Assembly: GCA_965262915.1 (NCBI GenBank)
Contig: OZ253564.1
Coordinates: forward strand, 704,001-768,000
Direction: 5' to 3'
Length of the DNA stretch: 64,000 bases
Source of the DNA: Candidatus Spongiisociaceae bacterium
GTDB taxonomy: Bacteria; Actinomycetota; Acidimicrobiia; Spongiisociales; Spongiisociaceae
Shown here one piece after another: positions 42,048 through 53,867 of this stretch; the stretch's first letter is position 1; each line of letters starts with the position of its first letter. Below the pieces are notes generated by a model. The model worked only from the letters and a program-made list of their open reading frames with translations. It had not been told where the DNA came from and searched no databases. Both the position numbers and the translations under genes were made by a program.

Positions 42048-43098
42048 CTCGAGATACCTCCGCCCGCTGTCCTATGACGGTGGAAGGTCAGGTGACGCGA
42101 GTGCAACAGCAGTCGGTGACCCGGTCCAGCCACCTCAAACCGGCGATCGAGACACTCCAATTCCTCCCTATTGCACAAGGCTAACGGTAGGAAAACCTCC
42201 GGTATACAGGGGAAATTAGTCGGTACCACCCCCGTTGTCCATTGGGGTTGACCGAGCGATACCCGATGCAGGACATAACAACTGCGCCTACGTGCGCCGG
42301 TTGTCCCGGCGTTGCCATCGATGTTGCGCTTGCATTCTCTTTCCACCGAGCAACCTCAGATCGAACCGTTACGAGGGTGGTTCTTCAACCCCTGTCAAGC
42401 AGGTTCCGGTCCGCCGACATCTGGCCGGATGCCGAGGTGTCGGCTCGCAGCCTCGCCGGATTCCTCTTCGGGAGCACCTCGGGACCCCGGGCCGGCTACC
42501 TAGCCTATGAGGGTTTGACCCGTAGTCGAGCACGGCGAGCCGTTGCCAGGCGGCCGGTGACGGCCGGCCGGCCCACCGGGCGGAGTGCGCCGGTACCTGA
42601 GAGTTCCGAGGCCTTTCCCAGGCACGCCGACCGGTCGAGGACCGTAGGGCGCCGGAAGCGTGGTCGTTGTTCTCTACGGGCGCCGGATCCGGCCTTTCCC
42701 GGCGGGCCGATCCACGATCTCCGGCCCGAACCTCGGGATCGGATATGGAGACCAAGACGGCTGTGGCCCGCTGATGCGGCGCCGTCACGGATGTCGCTGT
42801 CAGAACTCCGGGTTCACCGGCACCCGTTCCACCTGTCCTATCCACCCACTTCCGAACCATGGAGGCGAGTTTGCGATGTGTAGGGGTTGATGTGTGTCAT
42901 ACGGGTGTGTTATAACTACATCATGGGAGCGAAAGGTGTGGAAGGCAAACGGCTCCGCTATCGCGACTTCATGTCAGGGCTGCAGGTGTGCGGTCCACGG
43001 CCCCGGAACATCGGCAGGGGCCAGGCTCTGACGGCGGGTGATGAACGGTTGTCGCAACGTGTACCGTTGGAACTGATGGTTTAGCAAGGGGAGTCACT

Positions 43099-43308
43099 GT
43101 GACCACCGTCACCGAAGCTCTGGTCGACGCCAAGAACGAAGCCCGCCAGGCAGAGACGCGAACCGAAATCGCCGACGCCCTGCTAAAGGTGCTCGAAGGG
43201 CAGCGCCAGTCGGACCGTGCCGCGTTCCGACTGTGCATGTGGATGATCACGTCGGTGTTCACCGCCGCCGCGTCGGCGGCGGGTCTCGTAATCGCAGTTC
43301 TCCGATGA
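43099..43308 (+). CDS. Small protein with a C-terminal TM helix
   Basis: RBS AAGGGGAG; helical N-terminus and hydrophobic tail. Confidence 0.5.
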   Translation: MTTVTEALVDAKNEARQAETRTEIADALLKVLEGQRQSDRAAFRLCMWMITSVFTAAASAAGLVIAVLR

Positions 43309-43633
43309 CCCGTCGGCCTTAGCCCAAGAGCCCGCGCAGAACCCCGCGTCAATCGGCGTCCGCGACTACAACCCCTTACTAATTATCATTGCTGCAATTA
43401 CAGTTCTTGACCCCTATTCGCAATCAAGATGCTCGAATGTTTCTCTCGAATTGCCCATGTGCGCATCCCCGGCCTGAACGTACCTGGCGGCGGGGAGCTA
43501 CCCGATACAGCATCGGTCGGACGGTACCCGATGTACGCCTATACAACCGGCCTGCACTACCCTTCCCCCGATGAGGTACGGGCCGCCTTCGGTGGCCAGT
43601 GTCGGTGTCGAGGGATCGGATGAAGAGGCCGGA

Positions 43634-45742
43634 ATGGGCCGGATCATGACAGGAATCTGCAGGCGTTGGAGCGCGGTGTTGGCCATGGTGATGGTCGCTC
43701 CGTTGCTGGCCCTGGCATCGGGCCCGGCCGTGGCCGTCGACGGGAAAGCCGACAACCTGGCCTCCTACACGGCATGCGTGGCTGACGCGATCGCCTCGGC
43801 GGGCTTCGTCGACACGCTGGGGCACTTCGCCGAGGAGGCGATCGACTGCCTGGGGTACTACGGGATCACCTTGGGCACCACGCCGGAACGGTTCTCGCCC
43901 AACCAGCCGATCACCCGATGGCAGATGGCCCTGTTCCTGGTCCGGGCGGCGGTGCCGGCCGGGGTCGAGCTGCCGGAGCCTTCCGATCAGGGTTTCGAGG
44001 ATCTGGATCGCATGGCGCCCTTCATCCGGGATGCGATCAACCAGGTGGCGGCTATGGGTATCACGCGGGGGACGTCGCCCACCACCTTCTCCCCGACGTT
44101 GCGCATGGACCGCCGTTCCATGGCCTTGTTCATCTACCGCTTCCTCCGCATGGCCCCGCCGGGACCCGGCGGAGCCGACGCCAGCCTGATCATCCCCGAC
44201 GACACCGTGTTCGAGGACCTGAGCGGTCAGTCGGAGGACGCCGTGACCGCCATCCGGGTCATATACGAGATGGGGGTCACCACCGGCACCACCGCCACCA
44301 CCTTCTCGCCCAACCGGAGGGTGACCCGGGCACAGATGGCATTGTTCTTCACGAGGGCCTTGGCCCACACCAATGCCCGTCCCGTCGGGGTGACCATCCA
44401 GAGCGACGCGGACCTGGTCTCCGCCGGGGACACGCTCGATGTCCACATCTCCATACGGAACAAGTCCTTCGGTACCCGGGCCGGGGCGCTGGTCGATGTT
44501 TTCTCCACCCCTGCGGATGACCCCTACTCGTCGTTCGGCCCGGACGGGGCCTGCCTGCTGGGGGTCGAGGTGGCCTTCGGGGGCCGGGTGTGCATGATCG
44601 ACCGGTCCGACCAGCGTCTCAACGAGTCCGGCAACCTGCTCGTGATCCTCGAGCCGACCGACAACATGCTGCTGTGGGCCTGGGCGGGTTCGGTGGAAGA
44701 GGAGTTCCGGGTCAACAGCACCACGTCCGGATCTATCGATATCCAGGTCCTCAAGCCGGCCGCGGCCGTGAGGGTCCGCGACGATATGAGGCTTACGGCC
44801 ACCAGATTGAAGCTGGGCGACACGGTGGAGGTGGCGTTCCAGCTGGTGGACGACGACGGCAGGCCCGTCAGCGAGGCCGGTGTCGGGATCCAGATCGTGA
44901 CCACCTACGAGACGAACGGGGTCACCGACCGGACGAAGATCGCCACCTACCGGACCGACAGCGAGGGACTGGTGTTGGTTCCCTTCCGGGCGACGGATCC
45001 CGACAGAGCAGCGAGCAACGACTCGGTGACCCTGGACATCGACGTGGTGACGCAGGCGCTCGGGGTGGTGGACCAGACCACGCTGGGTGTGGTCGCGGAC
45101 GACGCCGACGACCGGGACGACGATGTGTTCACCTGGTCCGAGGAAGCCGCGGTGGCCTCCACGCTCAGGGTGAGGCAGTCGGTCGCCTATCACGAGATAC
45201 CCGAGTCGGGTCCCGGTCCGGTCCAGTTGGTGCGGGCCATCCTCACCGACCAGTACGGCGATCAGGTGACCGACGCCCGGATTGACTTCTCGTCGGACGA
45301 CCTGCTCGGCTTGGGAACGGGTCCGGTGAGCAAGAACACCGACAGTTCCGGTGTGGCTGCGTTGCGCTACCGGCGGGACGTCTCGACACCCTCGTCCGAG
45401 CTCATCTCCGCCGAGACCTCCGACGGCAACGTGGACGCCCGGCCCATCTACCACTACTGGGCGGAACCCCAGCCCGACAGGAGCTCGGCCCTGGGGATCC
45501 CTGTCCTGTTGGGCGATGTGCGCAACAACGTGATCCTGTACGACGCCTTCTCGCCCAAGCTGCTCCGCTACGACGCCAACGACCGCTTCGCCATCCGAGA
45601 CATAGTCGTCACCATGTCCGCCTTCGAGGAAGCCTTGGCCTCCGGCGACTACAAGCGCCTCAGCTACAGCCGCTACTCCACCGAGCCCGGGAAGACCAGC
45701 TCCTTCGAGTTGACCAATACCAGGATCTTCGACGAGGCGTGA
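43634..45742 (+). CDS. SLH-domain surface protein paralog
   Basis: Signal peptide, 3 SLH, LAHTNARPVG, DQYGDQV. Confidence 0.88.
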   Translation: MGRIMTGICRRWSAVLAMVMVAPLLALASGPAVAVDGKADNLASYTACVADAIASAGFVDTLGHFAEEAIDCLGYYGITLGTTPERFSPNQPITRWQMALFLVRAAVPAGVELPEPSDQGFEDLDRMAPFIRDAINQVAAMGITRGTSPTTFSPTLRMDRRSMALFIYRFLRMAPPGPGGADASLIIPDDTVFEDLSGQSEDAVTAIRVIYEMGVTTGTTATTFSPNRRVTRAQMALFFTRALAHTNARPVGVTIQSDADLVSAGDTLDVHISIRNKSFGTRAGALVDVFSTPADDPYSSFGPDGACLLGVEVAFGGRVCMIDRSDQRLNESGNLLVILEPTDNMLLWAWAGSVEEEFRVNSTTSGSIDIQVLKPAAAVRVRDDMRLTATRLKLGDTVEVAFQLVDDDGRPVSEAGVGIQIVTTYETNGVTDRTKIATYRTDSEGLVLVPFRATDPDRAASNDSVTLDIDVVTQALGVVDQTTLGVVADDADDRDDDVFTWSEEAAVASTLRVRQSVAYHEIPESGPGPVQLVRAILTDQYGDQVTDARIDFSSDDLLGLGTGPVSKNTDSSGVAALRYRRDVSTPSSELISAETSDGNVDARPIYHYWAEPQPDRSSALGIPVLLGDVRNNVILYDAFSPKLLRYDANDRFAIRDIVVTMSAFEEALASGDYKRLSYSRYSTEPGKTSSFELTNTRIFDEA

Positions 45743-45744
45743 TC

Positions 45745-45786
45745 GTGTCAGGTGTCAGGTGTCAGGAGTCAGGTGTCAGGTGCTAG
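45745..45786. repeat. Heptamer array (GTGTCAG)~6, starting 2 nt after a stop codon
   Basis: TGA-TC-GTGTCAG-GTGTCAG-GTGTCAG-GAGTCAG-GTGTCAG-GTGCTAG. Confidence 0.9.
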
Positions 45787-45851
45787 TGAAGGGTATAGAA
45801 CTCTAACAACTGTTAGTCTCCATTATTGACACTGACCACTGACCACGGATG

Positions 45852-46958
45852 TCACTCCAGCTTGTCGAGCAGCCTTTCGAGCCGGCTCACGCTGAAACCG
45901 GACGGGCTATTGCCTACCCGGTTGCCGTCCTTGTCGAGCAGCCAGACCTGGGAGTTACGGGATCCATAGTGCTCATGGACGGTGTCGGACTCGTCCCACA
46001 GATTGGTGAACGTCAGACCCTTGGAGTTCACGAAACTCTCTGCGGCACTGAGGGAGTTGTAATCCTTGGGGTTGATGCCTATCACGGTGACTCTGTGAGC
46101 GTTGTCTCGAGCAAACTGCTCGACTTCCGGGGCTTCTCCCCGGCAGTACGGTCACCAGGAAGCCCAGAACCAGAACAGCACCGCCTTGTCGCGCGTGAAG
46201 AGGGACCGGAGGTTCACGGTCTCGCCGCTGGAGATGTCGGTGAGGTCGACATCGGGAACGTCGGCGCTGAGTTCGGTCATCGCGGGTTCGGTCATCTGCT
46301 CCTTCTGTTTGAGCAGTGCCCGGTGGAGGAAGGTGGCCATCTGGGCTCGGGTGACGGAGTCGTCGGGGCAGTAGCTCAGGGGGTCGGTCTTGCATCCGGT
46401 CGTGATACCCGCCGCGGCAAGGGCGTCGATGTTGGCTTCGTGGGTGTTGCCTGCGGTGTCGGTGAACCCGGCCGGGGAGGCGCTTTCGAGGTCGAAGGCG
46501 TGGACGAAGAAGGTGGCCATCTGGGCTCGGGTGACGGAGTCGTCGGGGCAGTAGCGGAGGGGGCCGGTCTTGCATCCGGCGGTTATGTCGCGGTCGGCGA
46601 GTTCCTCCGCGTAGGGGGACCACCAGTCGGAGGCGTCCACATCGGCGAACCGGGAGGTGGTGGAGGTGGTGACCTCGCCGCCGAGGACCCGGATGAGCCA
46701 CACCGCCATCACCCAGCGGTCGATCGGATCGTCGGGGCAGAAGAGGCCGTCCCCGCATTCGGTGTCGTCGAACACGCCCATCTCGGCGAGGGCTTTGATA
46801 GCCGGCTCGTGGGTGCCGCCCGAACTCACATCGGAGAACCCGTCGGCGCCGGCGGCCGGTAGCGAGGTGAGCATCGAAGCCAGCAACGCCGCGATGACCA
46901 GTGCCGATAGGGCGCCCCGGCGGCACCGGAGGGATGCGGTGCGCTCATATGCCGTCAT
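45852..46958 (-). CDS. Putative selenoprotein: SLH x3 + TlpA/thioredoxin-like domain (W-U-P-Y-C)
   Basis: FWASW-TGA(46152-46154)-PYCRGEAPEVEQF continues in frame into ORF 45852-46085. Confidence 0.82.
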
Positions 46959-47126
46959 GATGCTTCTCCCATTCGGGCCAGGCCTTCATGTTAGTTCTCC
47001 GGATGGCCCTGCTGTCGGGTATCGCCCACGGTCCTCACTCCCGGAGGAGAAATGGGCTAGCCGTGTGGACGATGGCGGAGGGTTTCGGACCGGTTCCAGG
47101 CGACCCTCCACATGGGCAGTTGGTCG

Positions 47127-48251
47127 TCACGAGGCGGATGCCTCCAACGCCGCCAGCAACCTCTCGATCAGGCCTGCGTCGAAGAAGGGAGGACCGCTCA
47201 CCGGGTTGCCTTGCGCGTCGAGGATGCGGTACGTCACCCGGTCGCCTTGCTCGTTGAGCAGCCGGAACTCGGACCAGTACCTGATTCCGTAGTGGTTTAT
47301 TAGCCCAGGGGGACGGTCCCGCAGGATGGGGAAGGTTAGCCCGTGGGTGGTCGCGAAGTCGCCGACCTCTTCGAAAGTGCCCAGGTAGTTGACTGCTATG
47401 ACCCTGACCCTGTCTGAGTTGTCACGAGCGAACTGCTCGACGGCCGGCGCATGCGCCTGGCACTTCGGTCAGAAAGGTGATAGGAACCACAGGAGGAGAG
47501 GCTTGTCGCCGGTTACGAACGAGCGGAAGTTCACGGTCTCGCCGGTGGAGATGTCGACCAGGTCTACGTCGGGGACGTCGTCGGAGATGGTGACCGGTTC
47601 GGGTTCGCCCATCTGTTCCTTCTGTGCGAGCAGGGCCCGGTGGAGGAAGGTGGCCATCTGGGCGCGGGTGACGGGCTGGTCGGGGCAGTAGCGGAGCGGA
47701 TCGGTCTCGCATCCCGCCGTGATGCCGGCTTCGGCCAAGGCGTCGATGTTGGCCCCATGCGTGTTGCCCTCGGTGTCGGTGAACCCGGCCGGGGAGGCGC
47801 TTTCGAGGTCGAAGGCGTGGACGAAGAAGGTGGCCATCTGGGCTCGGGTGACCGAGTCGTCGGGGCAGTAGCGGAGCGGGTCGGTCTCGCACCCGGTGGT
47901 GATGTCGCGGTCGGCGAGTTCCTCCGCGTAGGGCGACCACCATTCGGAGGCGTCCACGTCGGCGAAGCGAGACGTACCGGTGGTGGTGGGCTCGTCGCCC
48001 AGGACCCGGATGAGCCATACGGCCATCACCCACCGGTCGATGGGATCGTCGGGGCAGAAGAGGCCGTCCCCGCATTCGGTGTCCGCGAATACGCCCCGGT
48101 CGGCGAGGTCGTTGATGGCCGGCTCGTGTACTCCACCGGAACCGACGTCGGAGAAACCCTCCGCGCCGGCGGCCGGGAGTGGGGTGGCAGCAGCCGCGGC
48201 CAGCGTCGCCGCGACCAGCGCAGCCCGCCAGCGTCTGCGGCGCAGGGTCAC
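47127..48251 (-). CDS. Putative selenoprotein: SLH x3 + TlpA/thioredoxin-like domain (F-U-P-K-C)
   Basis: WFLSPF-TGA(47469-47471)-PKCQAHAPAVEQF; the frame stays open to the TGA at 47127. Confidence 0.82.
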
Positions 48252-48318
48252 GCCCTATCCGCTGGAGAAGGCGGCACTGGGGTTTCCACGGCGGTGCTCC
48301 TCCCTAGGGGACCGGATG

Positions 48319-49332
48319 TCACAGTAGCTCGTCCAGGAGGCGTTCGACCAGGGTCTTGTGGAAAGGCGCGGTGCGGTCCGTCAGCCGGTTGCCGAACGGA
48401 TCCAGTAGCAGGAAGTCCGATGTGCTCTCCATGTTGTAGTGGTCCCACGCCTCGCGGGACTCGCTCCAGAGCGCGGTGAAGGTGACGCCCTTGGAGGCCA
48501 CGAATTCCTGGGCGATTTCCAGCGTGCCGATGCCCCCGACGCCGACGACGGTCAGTCGGTGGGAGTTGTCTCGAGCGAACTGCTCGATGGCCGGGGCCTC
48601 TTCCCGGCACGTCTCTCAGAAGGGGGACCAGAACCAGAACAGGAGCGGTTTCTCCCCCTTCACCACCGACCGCAGGCTGACCAATGCACCCGTAGCCGCG
48701 TCGAACATGTCGACGTTGGGAACATCGTCGGAGATCTCCAAGGCGATGGGCGCCTCGGTCGTGGTCGGAGCGGCTGTGGTGGTCGTGGCCGGGGCTTCGG
48801 TGGTGGTGGTCGGTGCCTCGGTGGTTTCGGTGGTCGTGGGTACGGTTTCGGCTGCCGCCGGGTCCTCGGCCGGGGTGGTGTCCGCGACCGTGATCTCGGT
48901 CGTAGCCGGGGTGGTTTCGGTGACCGCCGCGCTGGTCACGGTGGTCGCCTGGGTGGTGCCAGATGCGGTGGAGGCGGTAGCGGTCTCTGCTGTCTCCTCC
49001 CCGGCGGTGGTTGTGGTGGTGTCCGCGACCGCGTTCGTAGTGGTCTGTCCGGATGCCTTCTCCGACGGGGGAGTGGTCTCCTCGACGCTGGGCCGGGTGG
49101 TCGGTACGGTTGACGTGGCGACCGTCTCCGTCGCGACGGCTGCCGGCGGCGAGGCGGTGGTTGCTGAGGCGGTGGTTTCCGGAAGTTCTACGCCTACCGA
49201 GCTATCCCCGCTGCCGCACCCCGCGATCAGCAGGGCCGTCGACACCACAGCGATGACCGATCCGGCCGATCGACGGTCGAGTCGTCGGGTGTGTGACTGA
49301 CGTACTTCGTTCGACCCCAAGACCCGGGCCAT
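48319..49332 (-). CDS. Putative seleno-lipoprotein: lipobox + Thr-rich linker + TlpA-like domain (F-U-E-T-C); start uncertain
   Basis: LLIAGC lipobox; FWSPF-TGA(48616-48618)-ETCREEAPAIEQF in frame with ORF 48319-48501. Confidence 0.82.
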
Positions 49333-49729
49333 TGGGCCTGGCGCGCTGTTACGTTCGCGACCCTTTCGTCCCATGGCACAACGGCGCGGGCCATTGCGAA
49401 CCTGACGGGCACCGCTTGCCACCCACCTTCTTGCTGTCACCGTCTAAGCATAAAGGCTGTCGAGAGTTCGGGATCGGCTGTTGAGTCCGCTGTTCACGAG
49501 GCACCGACAATCGGGAGCGACGCGTCGTTACTTACTGCGGTTCAATCGCCATCACATCAACACCTCGAGCAAGTATCACGCCCCTGTTAGGCGAGACCGC
49601 GGCCGGTCGCCAACTGGGAGGCGCACCTCGTGAGAGCCGGCCCGGAGGGTGGCAGGCGACTCACGAGCCAGCCCAACCAATGCCCTACCGGACGCTTAGG
49701 ACCTCCAAGCCACAGCGAGCAGTCTCCAC

Positions 49730-52700
49730 CTAGAGGTTGGCGGCTGAGTCACCCACAGTTGACGTTCCGGGGTCAGATCCACCTGCGTCTTGGGTTATCG
49801 TGATCGTGGTGTGGGGTGTGGTGGATACCACGGTGATGGTGTAGCCACGGATGGTGACACTTTCTCCATCGGTCAGGATTGGGAACCCTTTGATGTGTCC
49901 GGTACCTGGATCACCAGCCACCTTCACGGGGAGTTCGCCTGTGGCGATGGCGGCGTCCACCGTGTAGATGAGTACACCTTCTGCGGGTAGTGCAGGGAGG
50001 AGAGTCTCGTTTCCCTCAGGGGTTCGGTATTCTGTACCTGTGTCATAACCCAGGTTACGTCTGTTTTCGATGACAATCACTTCAGTGTCAGACAAGGGAA
50101 CAGCCACCATGCCTATCCCTGCCCCGGGGTCAGCGACGGGACTCAGGGTGACGGTCACCTCAGATTCGGTCACACAGAGAATCTGGGCGGTGTCGAGCCA
50201 GCCCAGCTGCCAGCGGCTCCATGCCAGCATTTCAAGAGCCTCCAGCGAGTTTGCGTAGCCGGTGGATCGCGATCCGTCCGGATGTTGTCATACATGAGCA
50301 ACTCGGGGGTCACCTTGGGAAGATACCGGGAAGTTGACCCGCATGCCCATGAGACCGAATCTGGCGTGAGCCCAGGTCCGGCCACGGGGTGTGTACTCCG
50401 CTCGGTGGCGGCGTAAGTCGTAGGGCCCGAGGTCCAGTAGCCCGAGATTGTGGACCAGTTCGTGGGCGCCTACCCGTCCTTGGTGGTACGTCGGACCTGA
50501 TGGGAATGCGTTCATGCGGAGAGTTGAGACAGTGCCTTCATCGGTCTGGACTGATCCAAGAGCGTTGCCTCCACTGAAGTGGGCGCTGGGCATGAGAACT
50601 ATCAGGGCGTCGATGCCCGTGAAGTCGAAGTCGGGATCCGCCAACCGTACAGCTTCCCTATCTACCTCATGTCTCAGTTCAGGGATTCCATAAGGGCTGG
50701 TGTAGATGTGGTCCCGGTAGTTGAACTCTGCCCTTAGCCACCGGTCCAGAGACACGAACTCCAAGTCGAGCTTGCCGTAGCTGGAGGTCTCCAGATACTT
50801 CTCCATGTAGCGAAGCACCGATTCTGCCTCATGTGCCACCGATGTGGTTGCTTGAGCGTCTGGGAAGTCCACGAAGAGCACCGCTACCCGTACAGTCCCG
50901 GTTGAGGGCACCGCCCGGCCGGGCAGGGGGAACCCGGCTGTCGTACCCTCCACGCCCTTCGGACGGCACATCCGGGGGTCCGGACCCTGGGTCCATGGAG
51001 CTTGTTGCACGGCAGCCGGAAACGAGACAACCGGGTCTCGACCCCAGCAGGTGACGGTTCCGTTGGTGCGGATTCCACACGAGTGGGCTCCTTCGGCGGT
51101 AACTGCTGTGAACTCCCCTTGGGGGGCGTCGGTCTGACTATCGGAGTTTCCTCCCCAGCAGACGACTGTCCAGTCGTTGCGGACTCCACACGAATGCTCA
51201 AACCCGGCAGCAACCGAGCTGAACTGCCCCTCGGGAGCGTCCGCCTGATTCTCCCAGTTGCCACCCCAGCAGGCAACCGTCCCATCGGTGCGGACTCCAC
51301 ACGAATGCCCGTATCCCGCGGACACCGTGCTGAACTGCCCCTCGGGAGCGTCTGCCCGACCGGCCCAGTTCGAACCCCAGCAGGTGACCGTCCCATCGGT
51401 GCGGACTCCACACGAATGCCCGTATCCGGCAGCAACCGTGCTGAATTGCCCCTCGGGAGCGTCCGCCCGACCGGCCCAGTTCGAACCCCAGCAGGCAACC
51501 GTCCCATCGGTGCGGACTCCACACGAATGCCCGTATCCGGCAGCAACCGTGCTGAATTGCCCCTCGGGAGCGTCCGCCCGGCCCCACCAGTTCTCTCCCC
51601 AGCAGGCAGCCGTCCCATCGGTGCGGACCCCACACGAATGAGCGAACCCGACGGTCAAACCTAGAAACGTTCCGTCTGGTGGGTCGACACGCCCCCCTCC
51701 TCCATAACCCCAGCAGGCAACGGTCCCATCGGCACGGACTCCACACGAATGCCCACCCCCCGTCGAAACAGCGCTGAACTTTCCTTGCGGAGCCTCCGGT
51801 CGACCATCGGTGTTCTCTCCCCAGCAGGCCACCGTCCCATCGCTGCGAACCCCACACGAATGGAACTCTCCCGCCGATACGGCACTGAACTTTCCTTCGG
51901 GTGGGTCAGATCGACCATCGGTGTTCTCTCCCCAGCAGGCCACCGTCCCATCGCTGCGAACCGCACATGAATGGGTTTCCCCCGCCGATACAGCGCTGAA
52001 CTTCCCCCAGGGAGCGTCTGCCCGGCCCCACCAGTTCTCTCCCCAGCAGGCCACCGTCCCATCGCTGCGAACTCCACACGAATACCCACTCCCGGCGGAC
52101 ACCGCTGCGAACTTGCCCTCGGGAGCGTCAACCCGACCGTCCGAGTTCGCACCCCAGCAGACAACCGTCCAATCGGTACGGATCCCACACGAATGAGCGT
52201 CCCCCGCCGATACAGCGCTGAACCTCCCCTCGGGGGCGTCCACCTGATCCCCCCAGTTCGCACCCCAGCAGACAACCGTCCCCTCAGTACGGATCCCACA
52301 CGAATACCCATACCCGGCGGACACCGCGCTGAACTCCCCCTCCGGAGCGTCAGCCTGATCCCCCCAGTTCGTACCCCAGCAGACAACCGTCCAATCGGTA
52401 CGGATCCCACACGAATGCCCATTCCCGGCGGACACCGCTCTGAACTCTCCCTGCGGCGCGGCAGCCTGACCGTCCCAGTTCCCACCCCAGCAGACAACCG
52501 TCCAATCAGTACGGATCCCACACGAAAAACCATTGCCACTGGAAACCGTTGCGAACCCCCCATCCTGGGGTGGTTGGTCAGGCCGAACCGAACCGAACCG
52601 CAGAGCACGGCTCAAGAACGTTGCCATCTGACCACGAGTGGTTTCCCGCCGGGGACAGTACCGAGCCGGGCTAGTCGAACACCCCGCCGTCACACCCACA

Positions 52701-53253
52701 GCCGCCAGGACATCGATATTCGACGCGTGAACATTGTCTTCGATATCCACGAACCCACTCGACGAACCCTCACCAAGACCGAAAGCACGAACCAGAAACG
52801 ACGCCATCTGATCCCGCGTGACAGTCTCCGATGGACAGAACCGCAACGGCCCGGTAGCGCAACCCGCAGTAATACCCAACTCAGCAAGACGCTCCACATG
52901 AGGCACCCACCACTCGCCCGCATCCACATCCGCAAACCGTGACACCCCCACCTCATCCGGGTCGCCCCCATCGATCACCCGAACCAGCCACACCGCCATA
53001 ACCCACCGCCGGACCGGGTCAGTCGGACAGAACACCCCCGGGCGGCACTCCGTCCCCGCCAGAACACCCTCAGCCGCCAAAGCCTCCACAGAACCCCGAT
53101 GAGGCCCAGCCTCATCAATATCCGAAAACCCCGACCAGAAGCAGCCGCAGCAGGCACAGAAACCCCCACCCCCAACACAACCCCAACAACAGCCGCCACA
53201 ACCCCCGACACCACCCACCGACTTCCAGCAACAAAACGAGCCCACACCATCAC
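49730..53253 (-). pseudogene. SLH + ~14 RCC1-like repeats + M6-like metalloprotease domain (frameshifts near both ends)
   Basis: Signal peptide in ORF 52975-53253; body in ORF 50288-53290 with VLFVDFPD and HELVHNLGL; tail WSRWQLGWLD..IENR in ORF 49730-50230. Confidence 0.8.
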
Positions 53254-53345
53254 CGCGTAAACCGTACCGAAGATCGTGAGCAGCGTCCATGAGTCGCCCC
53301 CGTGCCTCCCTCGGAGATGAACCGAATCGCGTTCGTCGGAGAGTG

Positions 53346-53580
53346 TGATGGTGCCCGGGTTTGTTACCGCACCGGGTCTACCGGAGTGAAGTTCCCCCGG
53401 TGGCCGGACACTCCCGCAAAGTGGTGTCGGTTCTTGTTGGTGTATGGGGGGCCTTGAGTGGCTCTTCGGAAGTGAGCTGCGTCTATGACGAGCGTATGTT
53501 CTTCAGTCAGTTGTTGGGTGAGCCAGTGTTGATATCGAGTAGCGAGATGGTGGGCGTCGTGGAGGCCTCGTTTATCGACA
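53346..53580. mobile_element. IS debris: IS3-like terminal sequences plus an IS110-A-like C-terminal fragment
   Basis: TGATGGTGCCCGGGTTT and TGAAGTTCCCCCGGTGGCCGGACAC; minus-strand HLATRYQHWL resembles QLATRYQNWL of IS110-A. Confidence 0.45.
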
Positions 53581-53867
53581 AGACAGCCAACCACACCTTG
53601 CGGCGGGACGATGAAGCAAGAAGGAGTCGGGCCTGGTACGAGGTCATTGCGGTGCCTCCCACATGCCGCTCAGGGATCTCTCGGGTCCCTACCAGTGGCC
53701 TGGATCATGGGGAGCAGGAACCAGCCACATGGTCCGGGGCAGCCGCGTTCGGTGGGGTGTCAGTGGGTCCGGCGCCGCAGAGCATCGCCGCGTACGCCAT
53801 CCGGACCAGCGGGAGGTGGCGGATTGCTGCTCCGCGACCTACCGGGACAGGTATAGGGTGCTTCATC

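Noticed and set aside
42887-42975. IS1595-like C-terminal motif GVEGKRLRYRDF
   Set aside because: Too short, with no matching transposase or confirmed IR pair, so not called as a feature.
53361-53867. 169-aa N-terminal extension of Nnr in the ORF track
   Set aside because: It overlaps IS debris; homology begins at ATG 53868.
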